From assembly GCA_043228905.1 (NCBI GenBank), contig JBHGNT010000002.1:18600001-18664000 (forward strand): a stretch of DNA of 64,000 nt, in the 5' to 3' direction. Under the pieces are notes generated by a model that was not told where the DNA came from, ran no database searches, and saw nothing but the letters and a program-made list of their open reading frames with translations. A program made the position numbers and the translations under genes. The stretch's first letter is position 1. Each line of letters begins with the position of its first letter. Origin of the DNA: Azolla caroliniana (lineage: Eukaryota > Plantae > Polypodiophyta). Of the stretch, positions 62,630-64,000 are shown one piece after another.

Positions 62630-63912
62630 ACAAATCTGTGTTAGGAAAACTGGAGTCTTCCAAGGGTTTGTCAGAGGTGGTGGCTGGCACAATTGGAGTG
62701 AAGCAAGGATGCCTACTATCACCCACTCTCTTCGGTCTCTATATAGAATCTGATGAGGTATCACATTACATAGAGGGATTTGAGGTGGGTATAGCTATAC
62801 AAATATTACAATATGTTGATGATTTTATGTTAATTTCTAACTCTCTAGAGAGACTAAAAGAAACACTAAATGCCTTCAAACTATTTTGTACGGACAAAGG
62901 TTTGTCAGTAAACATGGATAATACTAAAATGATCACCCACTCTCTTCGGTCTCATATAGATGAGGTATCACATTAAATAGAGGGATTTGGGAGCATGCCT
63001 AGCGGGTATAGCTCTACAAATATTACTATATGCTGATGGTTTTGTGTTGATTTCTAACTGTCTAAAGAGACTAAAAAAAACTCTTTTGTATGGAAAAATG
63101 TTTGTAAGTAAACATGGATGATACTAAAGTGATGGTGCTTAACACCACTCTCAAGCATGGGTAACAAGATTAAAACCAAATTCAACTTGGGAGAGGAAAA
63201 GATGGAATACACATGCTTCTACACATTTATAGGGCCTAGGTTCTCCTTAAGGGAAGCAGCTTGTGGCCAAGTCACTCGTGGATACCCATGGTGCTTTCGA
63301 GAGATAATGTGCACATTTGTATTTCACATGGAGCAAAACATTAATGCTCCATGATATAATCCCGACAAAGATGGGAGCAACCCATATAATCACCAAGGTG
63401 TTGTTCCAATCAGTGACCTATACCCAATGTCTTTGGGAGCTTCCTAAAGAAAGGTACCCAAGGTTGGCACTTATCTCATCAAGACAACTGATTGAAAATG
63501 AAGACATTCATTGTTGGTTTTCTGAAATACAACAAGGGTTCGAGTCATATGGCATAACCATAAATGTACTATCCCCATTCCAATATAGCTTGGAGTGTCA
63601 CCATCTAAACATGACCAAAGTGGAATGCGAAGAACGCTATTACTTTTTGTAGTGTCTTTTATGAAATCATGAGATACCATTGCCTCTTTAAACAAGGCTT
63701 TGGCCCTCATACTTAGGAGTAACAGCTATAGGGCCTAGGTTCTCCTTATGAGAGGCAGCTTGTGGCCAAGTTACTCGTGGACATGAAGCCCATGGTGATT
63801 TCGGAAGACAAGGTGCATATTTGTAGTTCTATGAGCCACAAACTAAGTTGTGGTTATTTGATATACTTGTCACACCAACTCTTCTCTATGGAGTAGAAAC
63901 ATGGGGATCGAT
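62630..63912 (+). mobile_element. Mosaic of repeated RTE-like LINE RT fragments
   Basis: GVKQGCLLSPTLFGLY, QYVDD; the sequence restarts at ~62932 and ~63708 with segments matching 60230-60725. Confidence 0.85.
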
Positions 63913-64000
63913 GAATAGGGCTAGTTTGGGTCAAATATGATGAATAACCCTATATTCATTCAATGTTGCTCTAATTACTATTGATGAATAATGAGGAATT

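Overview
AT-rich, transposon-dense plant nuclear DNA. The long TE-filled introns suggest a fern or similar large-genome land plant, but that is inference only. The one intact host gene I can support is a MIKC-type MADS-box transcription factor on the minus strand: ATG at 37958, 7 coding exons down to about 17719, about 257-276 aa, with an ~18 kb second intron full of LTR retroelements. About 7.8 kb upstream on the plus strand lies a head-to-head paralog that the ORF track does not reveal (about 45787-61682). Exon homologs 1, 2, 3, 4, 5 and 7 can be found in collinear order. Its MADS box is internally deleted but stays in frame, losing the DNA-recognition helix. Exons 1-2 remain open and spliceable, while the K-domain exons are disrupted. 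A sense-oriented solo LTR with a TATA box sits ~125 bp upstream of its ATG. Two of its exon/intron donor junctions (exons 4 and 7) have been amplified into tandem arrays. The rest of the window is Ty1/copia, Ty3/gypsy (chromoviral and non-chromoviral) and RTE-like LINE relics, a TRIM-like mini element with 4-bp target-site duplications (TSDs), local duplications and microsatellites. All alignments were made by eye, and no expression evidence is available.
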